IMG/VR virus record: IMGVR_UViG_3300031918_000006
Location: 51,599-115,598 of that record
DNA from: a virus
Length of the DNA: 64,000 bases
Strand: one strand, 5' to 3'
Both the position numbers and the translations under genes were made by a program. Each line of letters begins with the position of its first letter. Positions within the stretch are counted from its first letter, which is position 1. Below, in pieces: positions 29,876-39,700 of this stretch. The notes under the pieces are model-generated. The model saw only the letters and a list, made by a program, of their open reading frames with translations, ran no database searches and was not told the DNA's origin.

Positions 29876-30513
29876 GGTCTTGTCCTCCCAAAAGTATTGT
29901 TGGCTTTTATTATATAGCCCTCATTACTTAATTCATCACGTACATTTAAAAACTTAGGAGCTAATCTTAAAATAGGATCCCCAGTGATGTAATGTTGTAG
30001 TAAATTTATAACTTTAATAGAATCAGCTTCTCCCCATTTAGCTCTAGTTTCATCAAAATCTTTGAATAAAATAACAACTTTAGGTTCTATCCCTTGAGCC
30101 CTCCAACCTACTATATAAGAATTTAATCTTATCTCAGCTTTTGAGGCATTTTTAGACAGTTTTTCATGACTGATTACTCGATCAATTGTCCCTTTACCTA
30201 CATATAAAGGAGCATGATAAAAAGTTTTCCCTGCAAAAGTCCAGGTAACTTCGTAATCTGGGTATAAGAACATGTAAGTGACCCAGTTAGGTGTTTCACT
30301 CATACTATCTTTATACTTATCCAGATGATCGCCAATATCTTTCAGATTAAATACAGCAGGTATCATATTCATGAAATCTGTTTTCTTTAACTGTAAATCA
30401 TCTTTAGTTTCGCGATATTCTAATTTTTTGGTGGTTAAATCTCTTAATTCTAAAAGGTTACCATCATACTTATCTTTAGCGTTAAATTTGTCTTTAGTAG
30501 ACTGAATTATCAT
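29872..30513 (-). CDS. Free-standing GIY-YIG (LEM-3-like) endonuclease
   Basis: VTYMF...LYVGKG..DRV..H, E in AKWGEADSI, late N in FLNVR. Confidence 0.65.
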   Translation of the reverse strand: MIIQSTKDKFNAKDKYDGNLLELRDLTTKKLEYRETKDDLQLKKTDFMNMIPAVFNLKDIGDHLDKYKDSMSETPNWVTYMFLYPDYEVTWTFAGKTFYHAPLYVGKGTIDRVISHEKLSKNASKAEIRLNSYIVGWRAQGIEPKVVILFKDFDETRAKWGEADSIKVINLLQHYITGDPILRLAPKFLNVRDELSNEGYIIKANNTFGRTRP

Positions 30514-30514
30514 A

Positions 30515-31060
30515 TTATGCTTCTGGTACTACCACTTCTTCTACTCCAAAGAAAATGTATCTTCCTGGAATTATTTGAGGTGTCTGAATTTTTACTACTG
30601 CTGCTGAAGCAGTTCCTGCCGTCATTGTTTTACTGACATTGATGAGGATATCTGTGTTTAAAGTAACAGCTAATTCCTTAGCTTGTTTAATAACTTCTGC
30701 TTTCTTATCAGCAATTATAAAAGATGGGATGATGGGTAGTTCTGTTTTCACATCAACAAATTGATATACAGTTTTCCATTTACGAGTTCCAACTCCTACT
30801 ATGTTTTCAGACTTAACTGGTTTAGTAGGTTCAGTTACCTTATATTTTTGGATGATAACAAACGCACCTAGTCCGTTTTCTAATTGTGTTTTTTCTTTCA
30901 GCAAAAGTGCTGCAAATCCATCGATAGAATCGTCTATTTGTGGTTGTCCAGCTTTATTCCAAGCCTTAGTGGCATCTACCGCTAATTCAAAGTTTGCTTG
31001 ATCATTGAAGGTCTCGTCTAAAAAAGTACCTTCTGCATGTATTATTTTGATTGTTTGCAT
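30515..31060 (-). CDS. Hypothetical protein
   Basis: 181-aa ORF in operon. Confidence 0.65.
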   Translation of the reverse strand: MQTIKIIHAEGTFLDETFNDQANFELAVDATKAWNKAGQPQIDDSIDGFAALLLKEKTQLENGLGAFVIIQKYKVTEPTKPVKSENIVGVGTRKWKTVYQFVDVKTELPIIPSFIIADKKAEVIKQAKELAVTLNTDILINVSKTMTAGTASAAVVKIQTPQIIPGRYIFFGVEEVVVPEA

Positions 31061-31065
31061 TTTAT

Positions 31066-31422
31066 TTAAAATGGTAAAAAATTGTTTGTAACTTCTCTAA
31101 TTTTTAGTACTTTATCTTTAATTTCTTTTAATCCTAAATCAGAGAATGGTTCTTGTTGACCTGAAAGAAGTGATTCACAATAAAAGGAAACTTTTATTAA
31201 AAATTCTTCTAATCCTTGGCCCACATCATCATCTTTTATAAGTTTCTCTATCACATCTATTACTTTTACAGAAGAATCTCCTTTACGAAGATCTTGAGTA
31301 ATATTACAAAGTAGTATTATGAGAGTAATTCTTTCTGTGTTTTTTATGCCAAAATCTAAGGCCCAGAATTCTTGAAATTCTTTTAGCTTTAAATTATAAG
31401 CAACTTTATCTTTTATTTTCAT
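31066..31422 (-). CDS. Hypothetical protein
   Basis: 118-aa ORF with ATGA overlap. Confidence 0.65.
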   Translation of the reverse strand: MKIKDKVAYNLKLKEFQEFWALDFGIKNTERITLIILLCNITQDLRKGDSSVKVIDVIEKLIKDDDVGQGLEEFLIKVSFYCESLLSGQQEPFSDLGLKEIKDKVLKIREVTNNFLPF

Positions 31423-32513
31423 GGTATCATAACTGAATCGATTCCCTCTAATTCAGGAATTTTATAAAATGTATTTTTTGTATGATATGCAACCCGTTTC
31501 ACTAGGTCATTGTATTCCTTCATTCCTTTTTGTAAGGAATGTTGTCCAATTCTAAAAACTTGACAACGAAATGGATAAATAGTCTCCACAGCTACAATAT
31601 TAATTTGTAAATTCCATTCTCTTTCTCCATAAACTTTATTACAGTATGCTACTAACATAGCCATATAAAAGGCTAATTGCCTATTATAGTGATATTTTTG
31701 ATAACTACCTTCAATAAAAATTTGTTCACCCTCTTTATATTTATCTTCTTGCCATCTGCCTGGAAAAGATTGAATGGGACTTCCGGTTGATTTTAAGTCA
31801 TTCATAATAATAGTATTGGTGTCTAAATCAATACTCCAATTATCAATCTTACCTTTAATGGGCATCACAATTTCTTCTTTTTCAAGACCATTAGTGAATC
31901 TAGCAATAATATCCATAAGAATTACATCTTCATCAAAAGAGATGACGTTCTCTGAAGTTTCTGGATATAGTAGAGCGAAAGCATGAGGATTTGCTTTTAC
32001 GGACCCTACACATTTTAAACATTTATCTCTTTGATCTGCTGTAAGTACAACCATTCCTGGTTTACTATCCTCTTTAAGAAAATCAAGATAGGCAGCGCCT
32101 TTTTCTTTAAGTGCCTTTAACCTAGCCTCTGTAAGACATGTACTGTAATAATCATGCGTTTTGCATGCTACAGTTAGGGCATCATCATAAGTTAAGGGAT
32201 TTGACTCTCTTGTGCTTAATGTGTATGCTGTCTTGATAAGTAAGGACACCTTGCCACCTGGTTTTTCAAACTCTGAGAGATAATTTTTATCTTTCTCTAA
32301 GAGCAGAGCATGAATTGCTGATCCAAGTTCAAGTGCATTTGATTCAGAACTTTTTTGTTCTCTAAAGAATTTTTGAGGACTTCCACCTTGATCTGGATTA
32401 ATAAGAGCTAGTTTACTATTACTTATTGCTTCCAAAGCAAAATATTCAGGATCTTCCATTTTAATTCTTTCAACACTTTCTAGTACTGGGATTAATTCTA
32501 TGTCTTCGAACAT
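31419..32513 (-). CDS. PD-(D/E)xK exonuclease (ExoVIII/RecE- or Cas4-like)
   Basis: ISNSKL, GSAIHALLLE, KGKID, DLKST, RQLAFY. Confidence 0.85.
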   Translation of the reverse strand: MFEDIELIPVLESVERIKMEDPEYFALEAISNSKLALINPDQGGSPQKFFREQKSSESNALELGSAIHALLLEKDKNYLSEFEKPGGKVSLLIKTAYTLSTRESNPLTYDDALTVACKTHDYYSTCLTEARLKALKEKGAAYLDFLKEDSKPGMVVLTADQRDKCLKCVGSVKANPHAFALLYPETSENVISFDEDVILMDIIARFTNGLEKEEIVMPIKGKIDNWSIDLDTNTIIMNDLKSTGSPIQSFPGRWQEDKYKEGEQIFIEGSYQKYHYNRQLAFYMAMLVAYCNKVYGEREWNLQINIVAVETIYPFRCQVFRIGQHSLQKGMKEYNDLVKRVAYHTKNTFYKIPELEGIDSVMIP

Positions 32514-32515
32514 TT

Positions 32516-32902
32516 TTATACTTCTAGGTAAGTTGTATAAAATGCCATTACTTCTTTAAAATTAGGAGTAACAAGGAAGAAACCATCAACTGGTTCTATA
32601 TCTAAAAATGAATTTTCAATAGTAGTTTCACATAGATAATTTTCAATCTCATCTTCTTCTATTCCAAGTGAAGTAAGTAAATCTTCTACGAATTCAGAGA
32701 TATCTTCATTTTCATTAATGTAATCAAACACATCAATTTCTTCAATTTCTAGATCTCCCATATCAATTAAGATACCTTTGATCATTTCATCTAGATCCTG
32801 ACAATCACATGTTTCTACATAAAATTCTTCGTCTTCAACGAAAATTTCTTTTACTTTTTGCTGTTCTAAACTTAAAACAGCCTGTTCCAATAAATTCTTC
32901 AT
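32516..32902 (-). CDS. Very acidic small protein
   Basis: About 37 D/E versus 5 K and no R in 128 aa (hand count). Confidence 0.65.
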   Translation of the reverse strand: MKNLLEQAVLSLEQQKVKEIFVEDEEFYVETCDCQDLDEMIKGILIDMGDLEIEEIDVFDYINENEDISEFVEDLLTSLGIEEDEIENYLCETTIENSFLDIEPVDGFFLVTPNFKEVMAFYTTYLEV

Positions 32903-32915
32903 ATAAAATATATAT

Positions 32916-32942
32916 AAAAAGGCCGGTATTATCCGGCCTTTT
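32916..32942. terminator. Intrinsic terminator after rIIB-like gene
   Basis: AAAAGGCCGG-TATTAT-CCGGCCTTTT perfect hairpin. Confidence 0.88.
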
Positions 32943-32947
32943 ATTGT

Positions 32948-34087
32948 TTAGAGAGCTAAAAGCTCAGCTTGTTTATCTTGTTGTTTCTTGATCTTTGCTT
33001 CAGAAAGAGAAATTGCTTCACTACGAAGTTTTTCCCATTCTTTAGTTGTATGAGCATCGTATTCAGATTCTCTGTAAAGATTCTTGTTTGGTGCAAATAC
33101 TGCAGAGTGTACAAAGTACTCTCTAACTTTTAAAGCATCGAAATTACCACCTCTATAGAAAGAAGCAATATTAGCAGGATCAACGAAACAGTTCATCAAA
33201 AGACGATCTGGTGCATCATATGCTTTAATGTAAGAAAGACCACCAATCCAAAGACCAGCAGACATGCTATCATTATTAGTATTTACTTCATTCCAATCTA
33301 AAGTATGGATCGCTCCAACTACGATACGATGTGCTTTCTCACCACCATTGATGGAAACTGGATCACATCCTTGTCCCATGATAGGTGGCTCAAGTGCATA
33401 ATCTTCAGCATAATCAGGTAATGTAATAGAAACTTTACCAGATTCTTCATCGTACACCTTAGTATAACGATCAACTCTTTCACCAGTTTCTTTATTAAAC
33501 TTAGTAAAGATAACTCTACCATATTTATAGGTAGAAATTAAACCAGTTTTAGTAAGAGACACATCACGGAAAGTAGAACGTTCTGTAGCAACTTCAGAGG
33601 ACAAGCCATCTTCAGTCATAAGACGTTCTTTTTCTTTATGGTCTACTACAGTAGTAGTTAGATAAGAAGCAAATCTCTCTGCTTTATCCTTAGTAAAATA
33701 AGGATTTCTTAAGAATCTTGTCCAAGCATAAACTACTGGCATGTAGTCAATTTTCTTTTCAATACTCTCGATGATCCAGTCAACCAAGATCTTAGGTACT
33801 GGAATAGAAGAGACTACTCCTCTACTTTTTAGGTAATAACGATTTGTTTTACTGTTAAAAACCAACTCTTTACAAGCAGTTGTTACAATTTCAGACACAG
33901 TTGTCTGTACCAATGGTAATGTAGCAGCTAAAACAGCTTGAGCTTCTTCCATGGTTTCAGCAGCTTCAAATGCAGTTTCCTGTACTTTAAGAGCAGCATA
34001 TAATTCATCTGTGAAAAGTACATTGTACTTTGTTTCACCAATAATTCCTGAGAGTCTATCTCCCAATTTGTTAATCAATAATTTCAT
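32948..34087 (-). CDS. rIIB-like protein
   Basis: Directly downstream of rIIA-like gene. WTRFLRNP, TYK, GLWIGGLSY, FVDPANI and LKVREY resemble rIIB motifs. Confidence 0.7.
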   Translation of the reverse strand: MKLLINKLGDRLSGIIGETKYNVLFTDELYAALKVQETAFEAAETMEEAQAVLAATLPLVQTTVSEIVTTACKELVFNSKTNRYYLKSRGVVSSIPVPKILVDWIIESIEKKIDYMPVVYAWTRFLRNPYFTKDKAERFASYLTTTVVDHKEKERLMTEDGLSSEVATERSTFRDVSLTKTGLISTYKYGRVIFTKFNKETGERVDRYTKVYDEESGKVSITLPDYAEDYALEPPIMGQGCDPVSINGGEKAHRIVVGAIHTLDWNEVNTNNDSMSAGLWIGGLSYIKAYDAPDRLLMNCFVDPANIASFYRGGNFDALKVREYFVHSAVFAPNKNLYRESEYDAHTTKEWEKLRSEAISLSEAKIKKQQDKQAELLAL

Positions 34088-34102
34088 TCTTTGTTTTTAA
34101 AT

Positions 34103-36742
34103 TTAACAACATAAATCAGGGTAATCCTTTTCAAGTCTATCCCTTTTAATTTCAATAATTTCTTTAATCTCCATAGCTAATGCTGGAGTAATTTTTGAAG
34201 AATAGTCATTTAAACAACTAATCTCCGAGAACAACACTCCAAATACGGAGTCAAAGTCAAGAACCCATTCTAATTTATCTAGAATAGTTTTTTCGAAAAC
34301 TTCCACATGAATGTAGTCATCATCTCCAAACTTTTCAATACATAATTTAGTGGCTTCTTCTAATCCTTCATTCAAGATAGAAGTTTGTACACTAATGCTA
34401 TTATCAAGGAAAGTCTTCCAGGCAGCAGGTAAAACACCGAATGTCTTATCCCACCCATATACTTTGTTGAAGTCATTAATATACTTAGTAATTTCCTCAT
34501 AAGTAGTTTTTAAAGTAACACTATGTTCCTCTAATTTAGTAAAATATTTATTTCTACCATTAATCTTATGAGATATCATTCTTGCAGTAAAGATTTTCTT
34601 TAATTCAGGACACAAAGTTTTACCTTCGGCTCCAAATAAATATTTCTCCACATGTGTATAGGATCTAAAATGTTTTTCAATCTGTTTAGAGATTATACAT
34701 ACTCTAGGGTTTCCTTTAAATGGCGTAGAAGCGTCATCAGTAAATCTTTTATCTTCCCTACTAATAACATATAAGAAATGTAGTAGAGGTAAATCTTCTT
34801 TAGTCCCATAGACTATAGTATCTGTGCAATCTTGTAAATCTGAGAGTTTCATTTCAGTTTTTGATGAAATTAATTGGGTATCCCCTTCAATTCTGGGATA
34901 CTGTATTAGAATTTTTCCGTTGAGTTTTCTAAGTTTATTATAGTCTATTTTTTCAGCAGGGACTGTTAAGTCCACTATGTCTTCAGAAACAACTTCTTCA
35001 TCATCGGGATCAGCGTCTGCTTTAAAACCAGCAGGGACTACTATGTTTTCATATAAAGGAAGATTCTGATCTAAAATAACAGATAAGAAATATAAACCAT
35101 TTGTATAGCTTTTAATTCTTTCTTTTAATTTATCTTTATCCTCAACTATACTTAGTAGTTTCATTAATGGAACTTGATCTACAGCTTCTTCATAAGTAAT
35201 GGTCTTTTCCATGAAATCTTTAACGATTTTTTTGTACTCATCTCCACTTCCTTTAGATGCTTTTATAATCAAATTGATCTTATCATCTTTACAGATATAT
35301 GCAGATTTAAGTACTTCAGAATGACCTGTTTGTACATAAACCTTAGCTAATTGTAATATATTAGAGGTATTAACGTCTTCATATTTCAATTTATTTACAT
35401 AGTCTCTTTTAACTGAGCTATATTCTCTAACTTTTTTAAGAGACTTAGTTTCAATATAAGAAGAATTTATCATAGCTGATAAAGTCTGACTATATTTAAT
35501 CTTAGTGTCCTTATATTTAAGAGATAAAGAACTAAAACCAGTAAGACTGGCAAGATTCGAGAGAATCTTAAGTTCCTTAGAAGCTCCATTATTCATGGTA
35601 TTGATAGCTGCACAATTTTGTGCCCAATCTATAAAACCTAACTTAGATAAAGTATCATTTATCAGTTTTTCAGAGGTTTTAGCAAGATTATCATATTTCA
35701 TGAGAATACCTTCTTTTGTCTTAGTATCCCACACACAAGATTCTCTAGACGGAGTAACAGTGATGTCCTCCATGTTTACTTTCAAACCTAAAGAACCATA
35801 TTTTTGATCTAATTCTAATTCCTGGAAATCAATAAAACCATAACATACACCACCAATGATAAGATGGGGACGTGAATAGTAATGTTGCTCTGCAAGAATA
35901 TAGTCTTCTGTTTCTTGTAAGATTGTAGCTTGAAAATTAATATCTTCTACCCAATCGGTATGTTTTACTACAAATTTAAGTGGATTCTTAAAGTATAGTA
36001 GTTGAGACTTTACAGCATCAATATAGTCTCGTTTTTGATGTTTTTTAACATCCCAAGAAATTTCAACAAAATTCTTTGCCTCAGTTTTCTTGTAATAAAC
36101 CACATATCCATTACTAAATGTGATAGAATCATTTAAGGTTCCATCTAAGTTCCATTTAGAATAACAATTATCAATCTTATCTTTGTAGATAAGAAAGTGG
36201 AATTCTTTACCGTTATGTGCGGTTTTTAAAGTGTAATAATCAACTCCCGTAGCAAGAGGTGATTTACAACCTAACCCAAAGGTTCCTAATGTTTTAGTAC
36301 TTAATCTTTTAGTACTGTATGATATTTTAAAATATCCTTCTAGTCTTTTTCCTCCAAGACCTACGCCATTATCTTTAATAATGACTTTATCTCTAAGTTC
36401 TGAACCACCAGTTTCTACATAAGTCATGTAGACATTATCATCATTTGAAAGATACTTTGCATCATAGTAATCTTTATCAAATCTACTATCCCTATAAATA
36501 TCTCCTTCTCTTTCTACATAGAATTCACCCATTCTTTCTGGGTGAGCAAGGAGTATTTTAGCAATGTTTCTTTCCGTGATTGAATCAATTGCATTACTAC
36601 AACTTTCCCTCATAGAACTCTTTACGGGAAACTGATAGATATAAATCTGCACTGTATCCAATAACAGTGATATTCCGGCTTCATCTATTTCCTTTCGGTA
36701 ACCAGATGACCCTTCAGTTATTTCTTGATTTAATACTGACAT
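34103..36742 (-). CDS. rIIA-like protein with N-terminal GHKL (HATPase_c) domain
   Basis: RESCSNAIDS, IKDNGVGL, STKR, GTFGLGCKS, VTPSRES. Confidence 0.8.
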   Translation of the reverse strand: MSVLNQEITEGSSGYRKEIDEAGISLLLDTVQIYIYQFPVKSSMRESCSNAIDSITERNIAKILLAHPERMGEFYVEREGDIYRDSRFDKDYYDAKYLSNDDNVYMTYVETGGSELRDKVIIKDNGVGLGGKRLEGYFKISYSTKRLSTKTLGTFGLGCKSPLATGVDYYTLKTAHNGKEFHFLIYKDKIDNCYSKWNLDGTLNDSITFSNGYVVYYKKTEAKNFVEISWDVKKHQKRDYIDAVKSQLLYFKNPLKFVVKHTDWVEDINFQATILQETEDYILAEQHYYSRPHLIIGGVCYGFIDFQELELDQKYGSLGLKVNMEDITVTPSRESCVWDTKTKEGILMKYDNLAKTSEKLINDTLSKLGFIDWAQNCAAINTMNNGASKELKILSNLASLTGFSSLSLKYKDTKIKYSQTLSAMINSSYIETKSLKKVREYSSVKRDYVNKLKYEDVNTSNILQLAKVYVQTGHSEVLKSAYICKDDKINLIIKASKGSGDEYKKIVKDFMEKTITYEEAVDQVPLMKLLSIVEDKDKLKERIKSYTNGLYFLSVILDQNLPLYENIVVPAGFKADADPDDEEVVSEDIVDLTVPAEKIDYNKLRKLNGKILIQYPRIEGDTQLISSKTEMKLSDLQDCTDTIVYGTKEDLPLLHFLYVISREDKRFTDDASTPFKGNPRVCIISKQIEKHFRSYTHVEKYLFGAEGKTLCPELKKIFTARMISHKINGRNKYFTKLEEHSVTLKTTYEEITKYINDFNKVYGWDKTFGVLPAAWKTFLDNSISVQTSILNEGLEEATKLCIEKFGDDDYIHVEVFEKTILDKLEWVLDFDSVFGVLFSEISCLNDYSSKITPALAMEIKEIIEIKRDRLEKDYPDLCC

Positions 36743-36770
36743 TCTTTATTTTTAATCTTAATTCTTATTC

Positions 36771-37028
36771 TTATCTTATTTTTTCTATTAAGTCCATAGG
36801 CACTTCTTTAACAGGAGCTTTTCTCATAGTTTCTATTATATCTAAAGTAGATATTGTATACTTTTGTAAATCACATACAGAATAATCCATATTATTATAA
36901 CTTCTATAATTTATTCTAAATAAACAAAGTACTCCTCCTCTTTCTACTAAAATATATTCTATTCTCCCATCAGTACCTTTTGAGGAATTAATTATTTGCT
37001 CGGGTCTACAATTACCATATAAAAACAT
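36771..37028 (-). CDS. Hypothetical protein
   Basis: 85-aa coupled ORF. Confidence 0.55.
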   Translation of the reverse strand: MFLYGNCRPEQIINSSKGTDGRIEYILVERGGVLCLFRINYRSYNNMDYSVCDLQKYTISTLDIIETMRKAPVKEVPMDLIEKIR

Positions 37029-37837
37029 TAAAATCCATCTAAATTAAATAGTCTTCTTGCTCCTACGTCAAATTGCTTATTAGCAGGGGTATCCATTAAA
37101 TAACCAGTAATTCCAATACTTTCAGCCTCAATCATATTGTCTAGTTTATCATCAATTAAGATGTTTGCACCAGATTTCTTTAAAGATTCTTTCTTTGATT
37201 CTCCCCATGGAACCACATAAATAGGTCTACAAGGTAAATTATTTTTCTCTAAAGATTCTTTAATCCATTCGATTGGAATGGAACGAGCTGTGATATAACA
37301 ATGAGGAACAAATTTAGGAAAATGCTTTACCGGCAAGTTAACCCAAAAATCTTTATCACTCTCTAATTCTTTAAGTTGTGCTGATGTAGCATAACTAAAA
37401 TCCCACCACATTATGCTCTCTTTGATGCCATATCTTTCTGCAAATGCAGGACTCCAATCAAAAATGCAATCATCTAAATCAAGGGCAACCTTTTTATTGT
37501 ATTTTTCCCATGCTTTAGGCCTATTATCCAACTCAGGATGAGTTTTATAATATTCTTTGATGAATGCGGCATTTGTAAGTACATGATCTATATGTAATAA
37601 ACCACTTTCTTTGTCAAAATCTTCTCCTCCTCTGAATGCTTCAAAATGTCTAAATAGACTTGCTGCAACAGATTCCCAGGATAATCCTTTTTCCCAATTT
37701 CTTACTCCTCCTTCTGCACTATATTTAGCATCACCATAAGTTAAAACTTCTGCTAATCCTTTTAAAGCGGAGGTCGGTATTAAATCATACCGTAATTTGT
37801 TTTTATTAAAGCGTAATGCTTTAGGTTTTTCTTCCAT
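37028..37837 (-). CDS. dATP/dGTP diphosphohydrolase-like (DUF5664) domain fused to a HAD 5'-nucleotidase-like domain
   Basis: N-terminal KLRYDLIP...VLTYG.AKY...NWEKG...RH...D.ESGLLHIDH; C-terminal ALDLDD, ITAR, K, LIDD. Confidence 0.8.
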   Translation of the reverse strand: MEEKPKALRFNKNKLRYDLIPTSALKGLAEVLTYGDAKYSAEGGVRNWEKGLSWESVAASLFRHFEAFRGGEDFDKESGLLHIDHVLTNAAFIKEYYKTHPELDNRPKAWEKYNKKVALDLDDCIFDWSPAFAERYGIKESIMWWDFSYATSAQLKELESDKDFWVNLPVKHFPKFVPHCYITARSIPIEWIKESLEKNNLPCRPIYVVPWGESKKESLKKSGANILIDDKLDNMIEAESIGITGYLMDTPANKQFDVGARRLFNLDGF

Positions 37838-38133
37838 TATTTCTTTTTTAATCTGCCCCAGATAACTACATCACACGGATAGTAATTAGCTGATACTCTT
37901 TTACGACAATCTTTAAATTGCCATTTATCCCAAGTCTTTGACTTAAATTTATGGAAAGTGGTTAATGTAAACATACAAATATCACTAGGCAATCCAATAC
38001 GAGGTACTCCTCGTGTAGTTTCATCTGAACTTTGTAATACAATCCAAACTTCTTCCTTATCTTCTGGTAATTTTACAAAAGGATTATAAAATTCCATAGT
38101 AATAAGATCCATTTTTACAGTTGTATCTATCAT
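37837..38133 (-). CDS. DUF551-like small protein, paralog 1
   Basis: MEFY...KLPE...V ... VVIWGRL. Confidence 0.6.
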   Translation of the reverse strand: MIDTTVKMDLITMEFYNPFVKLPEDKEEVWIVLQSSDETTRGVPRIGLPSDICMFTLTTFHKFKSKTWDKWQFKDCRKRVSANYYPCDVVIWGRLKKK

Positions 38134-38137
38134 AATT

Positions 38138-38392
38138 TTATTTCTTTTTTAATCTACCCCAACATTTAATATCGGCTTTTCTATAATCCTTATAACCATA
38201 TTCTCCAATTTCTGCAAATCTGGGAGGAGTTTTTTTGTAAATATGTGCTTTACATACTGTAATTTCTTCTTGAAATCTAGGATAACGAGAAGAAGCTCCT
38301 TCTTTAATTACCATGATTACTTGTTCTTGATTTTCTGGGAGTTCTTCATTAATATCAAAAAATTCCATTTCAACTCCATCAAATATTTTCAT
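38138..38392 (-). CDS. DUF551-like small protein, paralog 2
   Basis: MEFF...ELPE...V ... IKCWGRL. Confidence 0.6.
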   Translation of the reverse strand: MKIFDGVEMEFFDINEELPENQEQVIMVIKEGASSRYPRFQEEITVCKAHIYKKTPPRFAEIGEYGYKDYRKADIKCWGRLKKK

Positions 38393-38676
38393 GGTTTAAG
38401 TCTCCCCCAACAGACTATGTCATCGGCTATGTGTTGCTCATGACGACTTCCAGTTGCATCAAAGAATACTATTCTCTCTTTTTTATAAATTTTAGTTCTA
38501 CAAACTCTTAAAAGAGAAAATGGATTATTTCCAATTGTATAGATATGCCCTCTAACACCTGTCCAAGTTTTTGCAGGAGATTCTTGTTTTAAAACCAATA
38601 AAACAAACTCACCCTGATTAGGATGATCAGTTTTAATATCAAACATTTCTATATTTACTGTGGGAAATATTATCAT
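38389..38676 (-). CDS. DUF551-like small protein, paralog 3
   Basis: IEMF...DHP...V ... IVCWGRL. Confidence 0.6.
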   Translation of the reverse strand: MIIFPTVNIEMFDIKTDHPNQGEFVLLVLKQESPAKTWTGVRGHIYTIGNNPFSLLRVCRTKIYKKERIVFFDATGSRHEQHIADDIVCWGRLKP

Positions 38677-38927
38677 TTCTTCAACTTTATATTAAAGTGC
38701 TTCATGAATGCAGAGGCAACTGCATTTCTCCCAAACGCATCATTAGCTGTCATTTTGCTAATAGTTCTCTTATCAGTGCCATAAGTAAGAATCGTTAATT
38801 CTTCTTGACTTAATTCAAAAGTATCTCCAAAAAATTCTTCTATAGAAGGCCCTTTGAAGTTCTTTATTTCCTCTATTTGAGCTTTTACATAATCTTCAGC
38901 ACTTGTAATTTCTTTATTCTTTGCCAT
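38673..38927 (-). CDS. Hypothetical protein
   Basis: 84-aa coupled ORF. Confidence 0.55.
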   Translation of the reverse strand: MAKNKEITSAEDYVKAQIEEIKNFKGPSIEEFFGDTFELSQEELTILTYGTDKRTISKMTANDAFGRNAVASAFMKHFNIKLKK

Positions 38928-39411
38928 CTTGTTTTAAAATTAATTTAACAGTTTGATCGACTTGTAAATGATTTTTAGGCATGTATAATGTATAATCTAA
39001 TTGTTTTTGATTTAAATATCTTTTAAATAATTTAAATCTCATATTAAACACATCAGTTTGTACCCCTTTTGTTTCTATAATCCAATCTTTTCCTACAAAA
39101 TCTGGAGTATATTTTATGCTTTGTAAATTTTGTGACTTGGGTCTTAACAAATTTCCCATTCGTTTATCTGCTTCATATGAAACATTTTCACTCTTAAAAC
39201 CCTCTATTAATACGTAGGTTGTGGGTTCATATTTAAAGTCTATCTCAGCTTTTTGTAAAGCTTTGTAACAATACACTTCTAAACTACTTTGAAATTTAAC
39301 TCCATCATACTCAGATTTTACTGATCTAGCTTTACGTGGAACCTTTACTTTAGGCACTTTAATTACCTTAGGTTTTGGATCCTTTTTAATTCTTACTTTC
39401 TTCATTATCAA
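38914..39411 (-). CDS. PD-(D/E)xK endonuclease, T7 endonuclease I / DUF1064-like (resolvase candidate)
   Basis: FQSSLE, FKYEP, YTPDF, IIETKG. Confidence 0.8.
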   Translation of the reverse strand: MIMKKVRIKKDPKPKVIKVPKVKVPRKARSVKSEYDGVKFQSSLEVYCYKALQKAEIDFKYEPTTYVLIEGFKSENVSYEADKRMGNLLRPKSQNLQSIKYTPDFVGKDWIIETKGVQTDVFNMRFKLFKRYLNQKQLDYTLYMPKNHLQVDQTVKLILKQDGKE

Positions 39412-39700
39412 AATTTAGATAATGCAGTTGTCCCCAATAAGCTACTTTGTCTATTGGTATTTTAACTACAGTCTTCTTGCCTGAATATACAAAATAAGGT
39501 GGACCACTTCTGTATTTTTTTAAGTAACCACTAAATATCCTACCATAATCTAAGAAGTTTTGAGTTTTTTTATCTAAGACCACAAAGGACTCATATGTTA
39601 TAAACACAATTTGTCCATTAGGTCTAGGTAACATTTCCGAAGTCTTATAAAAATCTAAATTTAAGTTTTTTTTTATTTCTGATAAATCTAATTTATCCAT
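39386..39700 (-). CDS. DUF551-like small protein, paralog 4
   Basis: LDFY...MLP ... VAYWGQL. Confidence 0.55.
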   Translation of the reverse strand: MDKLDLSEIKKNLNLDFYKTSEMLPRPNGQIVFITYESFVVLDKKTQNFLDYGRIFSGYLKKYRSGPPYFVYSGKKTVVKIPIDKVAYWGQLHYLNFDNEESKN

